Assembly: GCF_001194135.2 (NCBI RefSeq)
Contig: NC_068999.1
Location: forward strand, 53,846,314-53,910,313
DNA: 64,000 bases
Reading direction: 5' to 3'
Origin: Octopus bimaculoides
Lineage: Eukaryota
Positions 1 to 13,294 of this stretch are shown piece by piece (position 1 is the first letter of the stretch; each line of letters begins with the position of its first letter). The notes under the pieces are model-generated. The model was given only the letters and a program-made list of their open reading frames with translations. It searched no databases and had not been told where the DNA came from. A program made the translations under genes and the position numbers.

Positions 1-724
1 TTATATTAAAACCTCACTTAGCAATATTTTACTCAGCTAGCTGTGGCCATGCTGGGGTGCCACCGTATTCTTTTATTTTTGTTTTCTGATCCATGGAGAA
101 AGCAATTTGAGGTTTTGCTGCTTTTTCATTTTATTCTTAGGACTAACTTAATTAAGAGCTCGTTAATCTCTAATTTTCATTGATATTCTAGACAAAAACC
201 TTGCTAACAAACTACTTAGGTTAAACAAAGATTAAGATTATTTCACTAAGAAGGTGGAAACAGCATGATTTTGGAATGTTTTATTTTTTCTTTTTCATAA
301 CTTTTGCTTGTTTTTTTTTTCTTTTTATTATATTTTCTTATGAGATGTCTTATATTTATATATTATTTTATTGAACTTATTGTGTATAACTTTCTTTATA
401 TGATCTTTGTTACTAACCAATTCTTATAGTTAGTAATTCTGTATTAAATATCATGACTTCGCCATTTTAATGTTATTTCAAACTTGATCCACTAATGCAT
501 GTGCTCTGAGTTTTTTTTATTATTTAAATAATCAGCATCATTTAGATCACACTTTATGGCTATTTTAATATTATTTAATAGTCTTTTAAATACTGCTATT
601 GTTGTGGTTGTTTTTGAATTTTTGTCCAATTATTTCCCTAAATAAAACTGAAAAATCTCATACTGCCTGTATTAATATAACACTTACTCAAACCTCCCAT
701 CTGTTTTAATACACTCAGATATTT

Positions 725-860
725 AGAACCTATATCTCTAAGATATAGGCTCTACATCACACATAGGTTCTAAGATCGACACCACCCATAGGATCTACAT
801 AAGTTGTTAGATTTACATCACACATAGGTTCATACATAGGTTCTAAGATCTACCTGACAC
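725..860 (+). repeat. Degenerate minisatellite (about 25-nt agatctacatcacacataggttcta unit)
   Basis: cacataggttc and taagatc recur 3-5 times. Confidence 0.6.
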
Positions 861-870
861 CCTAAAATCC

Positions 871-1097
871 TTAACCCTGTAGCATTTAAACCAGTCATAT
901 CCAGCCAAAATATTCTTCCTGTTTTATGTTGAAACTGGCCAGATGCAGTCTCTCACCCCTGTCCAACAATGTTAGTCTAAAAAATATACGGTCACACAAT
1001 CGAAATCTCAGTCACAAGATGATGCAGGATAAATTCAAAACAATGTGAATGAAGAAGTGTTACATTTGACAGAATAATCTGAATGCTAAAAGGTTAA
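871..1097 (-). mobile_element. piggyBac-type MITE (TTAA-CCC TIRs), opposite orientation to the other copies
   Basis: ttaa|ccctgtagcatt ... aatgctaaaagg|ttaa; internal sequence is the reverse complement of the other copies. Confidence 0.8.
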
Positions 1098-1474
1098 GTT
1101 GTGCAAAATCCTATAATATTTACTGTATGCCTTATAACAACCATACCCTTTTCCTTATAAAATATATCTTTGTATCCAACCATGTTTAATCTGGACATAA
1201 GTTCTCTCTACAAATTAGCTTGATCAAGCATTTTAGATTCCTGGTTTTAACCAAGAATGAAGAACTTCTCCAACGTTAACATGCCATTAAGGAAAAGAAC
1301 AGGCTTATTGTCCGGAGATAAGAGGAGAGTTATGAGCCCAATGCAGTTCTCCAGCTTGTCACATCCTGCCAAACCATCCAACACATGCCAGCATGAAAAA
1401 CAGACATGAGGATGTATATTTCATCTTCCTCATTTTACATCCACACCCATTACATTCTTGGAGTGGTTGGCATT

Positions 1475-1620
1475 AGGAAGGGCATCCTTCCATAGAAACC
1501 ATGCTGAATCAGACTGGAGCCTGGGCAGTTCTCCGGCTTACCAGTTCCAGTAAAGCTGTCTAACTCATGCCAGCATGAAAAGCAGATGTTACATGATGAT
1601 GATGAGGATGATGATGATTT
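1475..1620 (+). repeat. RTE-type 3' tail copy
   Basis: ttggcattaggaagggcatcc...ccagcatgaaaag...(gat)n. Confidence 0.75.
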
Positions 1621-2061
1621 ACTGTTCATATGGATTAGATGGGTCATCATCGTTTGAGTCAGTGCCCTCCTAAGCATGGCTGAGGCACCATGCCCCACAT
1701 GTTTCATTTTGACACGGTTTTTGCAGTGGTTGCCCTTCTTAACATCAACTACTTCTTGGCATGTTCAGGATGTATTTTATAACACTTACACTAGAGAGAT
1801 TGTCATGTCCTTACCATGATAAAACTAATAGGACCTCTTGACTCAATGATATTTTCATTTGTTTCCCAATCCATTTTCGTGAGACAAATGAACAACACTG
1901 AGAACTCCTGCACAAACAAATGGATGTTGTTAGGGAGGAAAGAGATACAGCAAGAAGAACGAATGTTAAAAATTAAATTAGCAATAAAAAAAAATAATAC
2001 ACACACACACACTTATACATACATATATACATATTTGTGTGTGTGTGTGTATGTATGTGCG

Positions 2062-2105
<44 letters not shown>

Positions 2106-2381
2106 TGCATATACACATACTTGTATTGGGATATTTCTGTGGACAATAGAGAGAAATTTTAAACTGCCTGCCCATTCACCAATAATTTATCAATAGTTCA
2201 CTACCATAATACTTTGAAACTGCTACTTTCTATTTTGAAAGAAAGAAATTCTAAGATATTTACTGAATAAACACCATGAATGTTGTTACCATTTCTTAGC
2301 GTCAGACTGCTTTCATTGGTGGAAGCATTGTGTTCAGTTTCTAAGGGGAAAAAATGATGATCTATTTTACTTTCATTATAG

Positions 2382-2697
<316 letters not shown>

Positions 2698-3064
2698 TAA
2701 TATGAACGCATATTCACACATTTACACCCCAAAACATTAGAGCAAGATGTGGTCCTCTGCGCAGCTGGATTCTACTGAACTATCCAGCCCATGCCAACAT
2801 GGGAAACCCAGCATAAAATGACAATAACATGTCATGCACACACACACACACACTCATGATCAAACATATATATCATTTTTAATGATGGAACATGAAGTAA
2901 ATAAAGCTATAAATTATAGCGTGTAAATATTGGGTTTAAAAAAAAAAACCTGGATGGGAGAAAGTCAAAAGTTTTATCTACTTTATATTCCCTCATTAAA
3001 AATGATTAATTTCACATCTCTTGAAGTTTCTAAATTCTTAACATATATCTTTAATCTTTTATTC

Positions 3065-3410
3065 TTTTACTTGTTTCAATCATTAGACTGCAGCCATGCT
3101 GGGGCACTGCCTTAAAGAACTTTATTTGAATGAATGTACCGCAGTCCTCTTTTTTTATGTCTGGCACTTATCTTATTGGTCTCTTTTACTGAACTGCTAA
3201 GTCATGGGGATGTAAGCACACCAACACCAGTTGTCAAGTGGTGGTGGAAGACACACACACACACAAACGATAGGCTTTTTTCAGTTTTCCTCTACCAAAT
3301 CCACTCACAAGGCTTTGATCGGCCTGAGGCTATAGTAGAAGACACTTGCCCAAGGTGCCATGCAGTGGCACTGAACCTAGAACCATGTGGTTGGGAAGCA
3401 GTTCACTGCA
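3065..3410 (-). mobile_element. tRNA-derived SINE, family B
   Basis: ttttacttgtttcaatcattagactgcagccatgctgggg...gtaagcacaccaacaccagttgtcaag...gaacctagaaccatgtggttggg; recurs across the window. Confidence 0.75.
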
Positions 3411-4547
3411 CTTGAGAAGGCTTGTCCATCTCAACAAAAGTGAGGTCCTAAAAGCATTGTTTATGTCAATACATTCACTAGGCCCCAACCAGGTACCAAA
3501 TTTGTCCTCACCAAACTTTCCCCACTTTTCAGTTTCCTAACACCAATTGTTCCACTCTTCTAACCATAGCACTCTTCTTCTTCTTCTTTAATCCAATGAG
3601 AGCAGAGTATGCACATATTTCATCCCCCTTTATGCTACTTCCTCTCTCCCCGGGACCAGTTCCTTTTAAAATCCATTCTTCATTCTCAATATCATATCTT
3701 CCCATTTTATTTTCCACTGATCAACTCTTTGATCAGTTAGCAAACAAAATCCCTCATGCCATTTGCTGCTACTTGTGTAACACACTGATGCATCTTTGAA
3801 GACTGGGTCTTTGGATTCATTTTTTTATAATTCTGACAATAACATCTGTTAATTCCTGCCCTTTTTTTTGTTTTTGCAGCAGATAGTTTATGAGTGGCAC
3901 AAACAGAAGTTTCTGTTTTGTTTTATTTTGTTTTGCAAGTGTGAGGTGCTAACTGTCTCAACCAATCTGTTTTTTCTTTAAATTTTTGTTTTTAAAGTTT
4001 ATTAGCGAAGGAGGAGACAATGTTTGTAATTTCTTCTAATTCTCTCAAACTTGCAAAATCAACATGGTTTATGTTCAATCTGAATGTCTGTCTGGAGGAA
4101 ATTTCAGAAGGATACAGATCTAGGGAAGAAGAGCTGGACAAAGTGTTTAATTGAAGGATCTGAGGAGGAGGAGGAGGAGGAGGATACGTGTGTTGGTATA
4201 TACCTGGAGAAAGTATGCAGCTTGAGAGGAGCAGAGGCTGTTGCAAGCTTCAGCAGCAGATGAAGGAGACAGTGAATGTCACTTAATGCATGTATCACCG
4301 TTATTAGTCCTGGCCTTCTTGTGGATATCATCAAGGGTGTCTGTGTGTGTCAGCAGCATTACTGCCCTGTAAATAGAACTCCAATGTAGGTCATATACTG
4401 CTGACCCAAATTTCAAGTTCAATAATTCAATTCTTTTCAACTCCTTTCAATCTATCATACTCTGTTATTTGGCATTGGAGATACTTGACTTGTTACAGTG
4501 TATGTAGGCAACCTGACTAATAGGTAACATCTACCACTACCACCATC

Positions 4548-4551
<4 letters not shown>

Positions 4552-4601
<50 letters not shown>
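4552..4601. repeat. (CT)n microsatellite
   Basis: Direct reading. Confidence 0.95.
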
Positions 4602-4605
<4 letters not shown>

Positions 4606-4774
4606 CCCTCTTGCAATAGTGCATGTTGTTGTGGTAACTGATTGATCCCACCCTCCACCTTTCCCTTCACAGTTGAGTGATCCACATCAGCAAGTAAACA
4701 TTTGTCTGTAAAAAATACTACTTGGTGCAAAATGTTAATGTTTCCAGGAATATCCACCACATCATACATAAGAA

Positions 4775-5210
4775 GTAATTTAGGCCAGCAAGGGAGTCTC
4801 TACATGGTTAATCCAACCGCTAGAAATAGTAGTTGAATCTGCCTGAAATTATATCATTTTCTTAAAAAAGAAAATTTACGTTGGATGATGTAGTCTTAAG
4901 TATATTATGTTTGAATGGAAAACAAAAAAATGGGGTGGTTATTGAACTAGGGCCTGACATTGGGCTAATCTGCAACCTACATATGCACCAACAAAAATGC
5001 CTCTATGTAGTTGCTTTGTCTGCTAGGATAGCAACCAAATCTCCATATTGTCTTTGAAATATGGGAAGCACATGTTTAATAATGTAGTTGTAGATACACA
5101 GTGGCTGAGGAAAGCAAGAAAAAGTTTCAAAATGTGTGGTCATGATTGGAATGCTTTTGATCATAGCCCTGCTTTATCAGGATTGACCTGGGGCTAAACA
5201 ACCACATTAA
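4775..5210 (-). repeat. Two copies of an interspersed repeat (family D; other copies near 29225, 41420, 45345, 47410)
   Basis: Reverse complement of ggtcaaccctgatt...gaccat...tacattatcc...gtgtgatttg...gctgctatttctagcag seen at the other sites. Confidence 0.6.
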
Positions 5211-6000
5211 GAAGTAATTCTTTTCAGAAGATAGATGTAGAAATATTGGCCAGTGGTGGGGATGGTGGTATTTAATTTTCTTTGTTGGTAAAAATTAAAT
5301 AAATGTTGCAAAGTCTGACAATAATATCTGTATATTTGGAATACATTGTTTTCTTGTCGAGAAGAAAACTAACAAATGACATTCACTGTTGTAAGAAAGA
5401 AGTGGAGAAAAAGAAGAAAAAGAAAATAAATATCGTCAAAAGACATGAAGAGAAAAACATCATTAAGAATTAAATTTAATTAAAAGCAATTCATCTAATT
5501 AATTACAAAACATTGGGAAAATTGTGATTTTTTTTTCATTTTTTTTATTAAAAAATTTTTTTTTTTTTTTGATATCTGATCAAGAAAGAAAATTTTTAAA
5601 GATAATTTATTTATTGGAGCTGAGAGCAATTAGTGATAGCTGAAGTTCAGAGAGGGTAGGGGAAGTTGTATAGAGTGAGGTGAGGGTGTATGGTATTGAT
5701 TGTTGTTGTTGGTGGGAGAAGATTGGATGGGGGTGAGTTATTCAACATGAAATGAAATTAAGAAACCCAATAGAAATGTGTGTGTGTGTGATGTTCAGTG
5801 TTAAAGAAACTTGTTTGCCAGATATGCCCACCCCCCATTGTTTTCTTTGCTTGACTTTACTCAAGGAAAATATTTGCCTTGTTTACAGTTACACAAGCAC
5901 ACACTATAAGAGGAGAAAAACATAACTATGATGGTACCTGTTGGTGTTTAGTCCCAAATCAACCCTAATCAAAAGATATTGCAATCATGACCATTTGTCT

Positions 6001-6380
6001 TTTACTTGTTTCAGTCATTAGACTGTGGCCATGCTGGGGTACCACCTTGAAGAATTTTTAGTCAAATGAATCAACTCCAGGACTTGTTTTTTTTTTTTAA
6101 GACTTGTACTTATTCTATCAGTGTCTTTTGCTGAACCACTCAGTTATAGGGATGTAAACACACCAACCCCAGTTGTCAAGCAGTGGTGGAGGACAAACAG
6201 ACATGAAGACACACATGCACACACACACACACGCACACATATATATATACACAATGAGCTTCTTTCAGTTTCCATCTACCAATTCCATTCACAAGGTTTT
6301 TGTTAGCCCAAGGTGACACACAGTGGGACTGAACCCAGAACCATGTGTTTGGGAAATAAGCTTCTTACCACACAGTTACA
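6001..6380 (-). mobile_element. Family B SINE
   Basis: Same structure as 3065-3410, ending cttcttaccacacag (head on the minus strand). Confidence 0.75.
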
Positions 6381-6890
6381 GCTGCACCTATCACCTGATT
6401 AGGGTTATGTCTAGGACTACATTATCCTGTATGTCATTTCCTCATTTAAGATGATAATGGTGAGATGTAACTGCTATTTCTAACAAAGCAAGTTGAATGA
6501 CCACATAGCAGCTCTTCTGTTTTGTTGCTGTTTGTTGATGATAATAATGACAGTGATTAATTTGTTGTTGTTGTTACTTTATATTATATTGAATTATATT
6601 ACATTTGTGTTGCTACTTTTATAGTGTATTGTTTAGCTCAAAGATGTTAACTTTATAAACAAAACACTTAAACAGCTATTTTTCACCAACCAACACTTTC
6701 AATCAATTTTCATGTACGAAACATTGTCATCTGTTAGTTGTCATTAATTACAGTTAATTACATCTGTTTTAACTCATTAACAGCATCTCTTTTTCTTTGT
6801 TATTGTTGTTGACTTTATTCTTTCCTTTCTCCTTGCTTTGATTTTGTATTCAAATTTCAGTAAGTATCTTGTTTCATTCCTTCTCGGCAG

Positions 6891-6964
6891 CACAAAGCCC
6901 GGGAACAAATCGCTGACATACAGCAAAAGCTGCCCCTTCGCCTGCGCATCTTCACAAAGTTTTC
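6891..6964 (+). CDS. NALCN: NALCN exon, II-III linker: HKAREQIADIQQKLPLRLRIFTKF
   Basis: cggcag acceptor, gtaagt donor; matches the KLPLRLRIF motif; phase 0/2. Confidence 0.93.
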
Positions 6965-7144
6965 GTAAGTTACAATTCTTTTCACTGTGACAAGTCACTT
7001 TTATTTAGAAGACTTGGATTATTCAACAGAAGTGTATAACTTTTTATATCCATAGTATATTCCACTATAGGACTTATTATAATGCATCAATATTATAATA
7101 TTATAATATTATAATATTATAATATTATTATAGAAGGTCTTTTC

Positions 7145-7325
7145 AGGCAACAAGCTGGCAGAATCGTTCGCAGCATTTTATCTGACTTTATGTTCTGAGT
7201 TCAGATGCTGCCACAGTCAACTTTGCCTTTCATCCTTTCGAGGTCGGTAAAATAAATACCAGTTGAGCACTGCGGTTGATGTAATTGCTCAAAATTGCGA
7301 GCCTTGTATCAAAATTTGAAACTAA
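7145..7325 (+). mobile_element. tRNA-derived SINE, family A
   Basis: A-box agctggcagaatcg, B-box-like ctgagttcagat, core actttgcctttcatcctttcgaggtcggtaaaataa. Confidence 0.75.
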
Positions 7326-7414
7326 TATTATAAAAGCTTTTAAGCTATAGTACATCATTACATTGTTTGGTGTTATTCCATATGTGAAAATACTAATGAG
7401 AATGGAAAATCTGT

Positions 7415-7771
7415 TTAACCCTTTAGCATTCAGATTTCTTTGTCAAATGTATTGCTTATTTATTTACATTGTTTTGAATTAATCACACATTATCTTGTGG
7501 CGCCAAGATTTCTCTGTTAAGTGGTTGACATTAGGAAGGGCATCCAGCTGTAGAAACCATGCCACAAATGACAGCTGAAGTCTAGACAGCTCCATGTCGA
7601 AGTGTCCAACCCATGCCAGCTTGGAAAGTGGACATTAAATGATGATGATGTAACTATATTTTTAGAATGACATTGTAGGGTAGGTGTGAGAGGTTGAATC
7701 TGGTTAGTTTTAACATAAAACAGGTAGAATATTTCAGCCAGATATGGCTGGATTAAATGCTAAAGGGTTAT
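7415..7771 (+). mobile_element. piggyBac-type MITE with a nested RTE tail (about 7517-7650)
   Basis: ttaa|ccctttagcatt ... aatgctaaaggg|ttat; interrupted by an RTE 3' end. Confidence 0.8.
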
Positions 7772-7817
7772 GATGGTTCTGAGGCATTCATATTTAATCT
7801 TTCTCTTTATTTTACAG

Positions 7818-8054
7818 TGACCATCCACAGATGGTACGGCTGTATCGTATCCCTGGAGATTTCCTCCTGGCTGACATCCGAGAGAGTTTCATGCGTCAGT
7901 TTGTAAATGAAGAACATACAAGTGGGCTGAAAAACTTGGTTGTCGATAGACACAACTCTCATGACATGAGTTTGTTCATGAAGTCATCTCCCATGAGACT
8001 GATCAAATCTATGTCACATGCAGCACGTGACATAGATAGATCGGAAGAGCACAC
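7818..8054 (+). CDS. NALCN: NALCN exon, II-III linker: DHPQMVRLYRIPGDFLLADIRESFMRQFV... (3' end lost in gap)
   Basis: ttacag acceptor in the phase required by the previous exon; PQMV and IRESFMRQF motifs; runs into Ns at 8055. Confidence 0.92.
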
Positions 8055-8504
8055 NNNNNNNNNNNNNNNNNNNNNNNNNNNNNNNNNNNNNNNNNNNNNN
8101 NNNNNNNNNNNNNNNNNNNNNNNNNNNNNNNNNNNNNNNNNNNNNNNNNNNNNNNNNNNNNNNNNNNNNNNNNNNNNNNNNNNNNNNNNNNNNNNNNNNN
8201 NNNNNNNNNNNNNNNNNNNNNNNNNNNNNNNNNNNNNNNNNNNNNNNNNNNNNNNNNNNNNNNNNNNNNNNNNNNNNNNNNNNNNNNNNNNNNNNNNNNN
8301 NNNNNNNNNNNNNNNNNNNNNNNNNNNNNNNNNNNNNNNNNNNNNNNNNNNNNNNNNNNNNNNNNNNNNNNNNNNNNNNNNNNNNNNNNNNNNNNNNNNN
8401 NNNNNNNNNNNNNNNNNNNNNNNNNNNNNNNNNNNNNNNNNNNNNNNNNNNNNNNNNNNNNNNNNNNNNNNNNNNNNNNNNNNNNNNNNNNNNNNNNNNN
8501 NNNN
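8055..8504. other. Assembly gap interrupting a NALCN exon
   Basis: 450 Ns; other large gaps at 39583-39736, 53831-54070, 56603-56968 and 61997-62459. Confidence 0.99.
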
Positions 8505-8890
8505 ACTTCTTTTTTAATCTAAAATATACTCTCCTTCATTTTCTACAATGTTCTTCCATCTATCAGGTAGACTTGCAAGGCCCTTCTTCCAAAATTCACT
8601 TGTCTGTGACAAAAAATACTCCTCCAGTACTGTTCTGACCTCATCTACAGAATTCATGTTTTTTCCATCCAAATAATTTTGAAGACTGCGCAATAAAGGA
8701 TATTCAGATGGAGCAATGTCTAGCAAATATGGTTGGTGGGGCATCGTTTCCCATTCAAACTGCTCCAGCCTTTGGAATATCATCCTCGCTGTATGTGGCC
8801 GAGCATTATCCTGATGGAAGAACACCTTTTGTCTTGAAGATGGTTGTTTTTCTTCTAGCGCTGACCATTCATCTATAAACATATTTTCTT
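8505..8890 (-). mobile_element. Mariner transposase C-terminal fragment (degenerate)
   Basis: ORF 8882-8514 with HQDNARPH, a decayed YSPDLAPSD motif (YLLDIAPSE) and LPDRWKNIVENEGEY; no upstream DDD region or TIR seen. Confidence 0.88.
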
Positions 8891-9387
8891 TACACTCGTG
8901 AATGAATGTTCATCTTCTGAATGTTTTCAGGTTTTGTTTCTTTCTATATAGACCCTTGTATACTTACATGTATATGTATGTATGTTTATTTTATATATCA
9001 GACCCAAGTGTGTCTATTTGCATTATTATCTATCTCCCTTTGTGTGCATGTTCTCTTTTATTTTTTCCCCAGTTTTAGCCAAATGGCTATATATCTATGC
9101 ATTTCTATATAATCGTCACAAGTGTTTTATGTCTGTTCATCTGTTTTATATCAATGTTTGCATTGGTGCTTATTAGTTGACTTATTTAAATTTGGACAAA
9201 GCTGGATGTCTATCCTACTGCTGATCACTGAATTCCACAGGCAGGGAATGGTACATGCTTCTGTCAGTCAGGTAAAAGGAGGTGAACAAAATGATAATAC
9301 TGCTTCACTAAAATTACACAATGGCTAAGAGAAGATTTTGGCCTCATGGACTTGTGATTTATGGCCCAGTCCACTGGTCTTACAGCC

Positions 9388-9568
9388 TTTACATTCACAT
9401 TGTTTTGAATTAGTTTTGCATTCTCAGCTTCAAGATTTCGATTATGTAATTGTTTATTTTTAGAATGATTTTGTTGGGGAGGTGTGAGAGGCTGGACCTG
9501 GTCAGTTTGAACATAAAACAGGTAGAATATTTGGGCCTGGTATGGCCGGTTTAAACGCTAAAGGCATA
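9388..9568 (+). mobile_element. piggyBac-type MITE, partial
   Basis: cacattgttttgaatta...aacataaaacaggtagaatattt...tttaaacgctaaagg. Confidence 0.7.
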
Positions 9569-12157
9569 AGAGATTCTTAAAAAGGATGCATTTTACTTGC
9601 ATCAGCATGGAAAATTATTGTCAACAATTGTTTGAAACTGCCTTTTATACACTCCATGTGTAGTTGAATGGTTAAAAAGTTCACTTCATAATCACAAGGT
9701 TCTGGATTTGATCCCACTAATGGGATCTTGGGTAAATATCATGTACCATAACCTCAGGTCAATCCTAGCTGTGTGTGTGAAATTGGGTAGATGGAAACTG
9801 TTTGGAAACTCATAGAATAGATTGTTTATAATTCAAAGGTCCAGCCTTGTCACACTGTGCCTTGCTGACTGTGCCCTAGAAATACATCATAGGCGTATGT
9901 GTATGTAGCATGCTCAGCCACTTAGAAGCTAATGTAATGAGCAGGTAATTCAGTTGATCGAGCAACTGAATGCTCATTGTTAAGATCCATTGCTTATATA
10001 CACTTAGTAGACATGTATGTTTATTTGTAGTCTAACAGAAAAATTTACAACTGAAGAAATTTGTTAATTCTGTTTGTCTGGTAATTACTAACTAATGGTG
10101 CCATCTTTTGAGGTCTGTCTTATTTAAAATGATAGGTGAGCAGAAAATGAATGTGGGTAAAGTGCTTACAAAACTATGTTTTTATGTTGTGTTTTATCTG
10201 TTCTCTCTCTGCTATAAATGTGATGTGCATGTTTTTTGACTAAATTACTTTGTTTCTGTTACTACATTGCCTGGTTGTGTTAAGTGTTGTAGACAAAGCT
10301 GTGAGATACACATGTTGCATAATTACATAACTAGTTTGTCACTTGATTCGTTTAGACTACCAAAGAAGAGAGATTGAACAATATATATATGAGTCTGATT
10401 TTTGAAATGTAACTTTCTTCCTTAACACAACAGTTTCTGTTCAACATTTTGTCTTTATTAATATAAAAATGGATTTGTTTTTCTTTTTCTTTTAAAGCAG
10501 GTACAAAAGTTTAGAATAGCAATCTAAGTTGTTTAGAATGAGAAATCTGAGTTATATGAGGCAATGTTTTAAATGTTAAAACTCTGTGCGTGTGTGTGTA
10601 CTTTATTTATAAAAGATGAGTAAGACTTTGAATTAAGCTTAGTTCCATTGTTCTTTGATCTATTTAGTCTATGAAGCACTATTATGCTAATAGCTGGAAG
10701 TGTTGTTTCAGTGATAAAACAAAATGTATATTGTACATGATCTTTCTGCATATAACCAGTACCTCAGAAAAATGGGAACAGATTTAAACTTTGGATATCA
10801 GCCTTGCTAAATTTAAGAAATGTCTTCACTAATCACTTGAAAAATGTCCCCGCTAATTCTTGATGCAACATCCAATTTCATTTCAGTGTTTGTCTGTACC
10901 AGTTATACACTGCTCCACAAATCTCATTTATGAAAGATGTGTGAAACATCTCCAGCAACAACTGAGGCTGCTGCTACTATTGTTTACAGTTTGGAAACTT
11001 TCTCAGTGTGCAATAATTTCTAATTTCTTTTTTTTTTTTTTTTTTCCCCTCTACTTTATTTGTCTGATTTGACCTTTATTCATTTCCTAACTATTGCCAA
11101 CTTAATGTGACAGCAATGCTGTTGTTGCAGCAGTTGGATATTTCTAATCTTTTTTCCTTCTTTCACTCACCAATCATGATATAAGTCTCCCATAAACCAC
11201 CACTAATTAGAGATTATAGCTGAAGATTGCCTTTATCAACTGAGCTAACGATATATTTATATCATCTCTCTGATACCAAATTACTTGCACAGTGTAATGA
11301 AATTCCATTTTTTTCTATTTGGTAGCTAATGAATGCTAATTCTTTGACTATATCTTATATTGTAACCTTTACTATTCTAATATCTTTTATCAGTTAATTC
11401 TATAACACTGGATATAATAAAAGATATTGTATGTGTTGTTTGGCAGAATTATTAGTGTTGGATAAAGTACCTCATGGTATTTATTCTGATCCCCTGTGCT
11501 TTGAGTTGAAATCCTACCTAGGTCAACTTTGCCTGTCATCCTTTTGGGGTTGATAAAAAAAAGTACCAATCTAGGACAGTGGATAGGCAGAGCTGTTAGA
11601 GGTTCAGGGGAGATGCTTTGCACTCTCTGTTCTGCGTCTTTGCATTCTGACAGCAATGCCTATGGCAACACTAATACCAAGTTGTATTGGCCCAAATCAA
11701 CTACCTTTCCCTTGGATAAACATTGGTGGTATGGAGAAGGGGAGACTTGCAAGCACAGGCAATTGCTAGCTTTCCTCAAGAAAATCTAGCCCAGGAGGGC
11801 ACATACATGTGCTGATGCTTAATCAATATCGACAGACAGAGACCTTACAGAGACCTTACATGCTGTTTTGGGTGTCAACAGAACATGACGCTTTTTATTT
11901 CTCCCACAAAAGCTTTTTAAAACATCGAGTTTAGTATAAAAATGTAATCCTTTTATGGTTCCTTTTTGCTCGCCAACCTTCAGTTCCACTTGATGATGAG
12001 AAAAAAAAACTGTCTTATTCTTTTGGATGTAAAAATGGGAATGCATTGATGAAAAGTTAAAAGAGTGAGGTGGGAGAAAATATTGTATGATGGCAGTTAG
12101 TTAAGTTTCCCAGGTTCATGGGCTCTTTGACTTGAGCCATAAAAACTCTACACCCTA

Positions 12158-12195
<38 letters not shown>

Positions 12196-12484
12196 TACAC
12201 ACACACACACATACTGGTTTATAAAATTAGTGGTGTACAATTTCATTGACCTTTAGCAGCTTTCTATGTTTCTTATTTGTCTATCTTCCTTTTCTTTCTT
12301 CTCCATCATTTTTCTCATTTGCTTCTTCAGTCTTCTTGGTTTGGCCAGTGTTGTATATAATTACAGGGGTGTTTTACTGATTAGCTAATCAGTTAATCTC
12401 AAATGAAATAGAAATATTTACATAGATGACCTTTTAGCTTAACTTGACCAGTTCCTCAGATGTTTCTACAGTTTTAGTTTTACC

Positions 12485-12693
12485 GTTATACTTGGGGATG
12501 GTCATATTTTGCCAATTAAACACACGCACTTATATATATGGTCTTCACTGCAGCTTTGTTGTTATTATTTTAGTGAAGAACGAATATATAGTGAATGTGG
12601 TCCTACCCATGCATGCATGGAAGACAGACATTAAACAATGATGATGATAGTGATGTGTTTAATTGGCAAAATATAATCATCCCCAAGTATAAC
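12485..12693. mobile_element. MITE-like element with about 39-bp TIRs
   Basis: gttatacttggggatggtcatattttgccaattaaacac and its reverse complement at 12655-12693; the left arm recurs at about 52318-52385. Confidence 0.65.
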
Positions 12694-13294
12694 AACATGC
12701 TCTGTTATATTAATTTTGCTCTGGTGAATAATGACAGGATATCAACGTGAAAATTACTCACCTCTCTGCTCATAGATAAAATGTCACACCAATTTATAGA
12801 AAAAAGAGGATCCAGAGCACATATAGATTAGTTGTTTGAGAATATATTACATGCAATGTGATTGGACCTTCAATCCAAATCCCATTCAATATTCAACCAA
12901 TCGCTGCACAGGACTCAACCAATGTTCAAAACTCACGTGATAGGTAAAATGACCAATCATTACAGATTAACGCACTAAGCTTGTATCAGTTTAATGTATT
13001 CAATATACCATAATAGAAATTGGTCTTGCTTCATGTTCAGTGTATTAGGAAATATTTTTCTATTTTTGTATATATTTTTTCCTTGATATGTGAAATATGT
13101 TCTTGTGGGCTATTTAATATATTGAGTAAAAGACAACTCAATGAAAATCAAAAATGACAACTGAACTAAAAACAGTATTATTTCTAAAATTTACAAGATC
13201 ATCAATAATACATCTATGTAAGCAAATCATTTTGCTTTAGTTTCAAATTTAACCTTGATATTCTAATCTGTTAAAATCTGAAATTTATTAAGCA

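Noticed and set aside
3880-4330. Strong acceptor at 3879 with an open phase-0 frame, and a nearby poly-Glu RING-like reading (EEEEEEEDTC...)
   Set aside because: The donor is weak, the peptide is unlike NALCN, the flanking exons already join in frame, and the RING Cys/His pattern is not completed.
7145-7230. tRNA-like A and B boxes
   Set aside because: These are SINE heads; no complete cloverleaf or anticodon arm, so no tRNA gene is called anywhere in the window.
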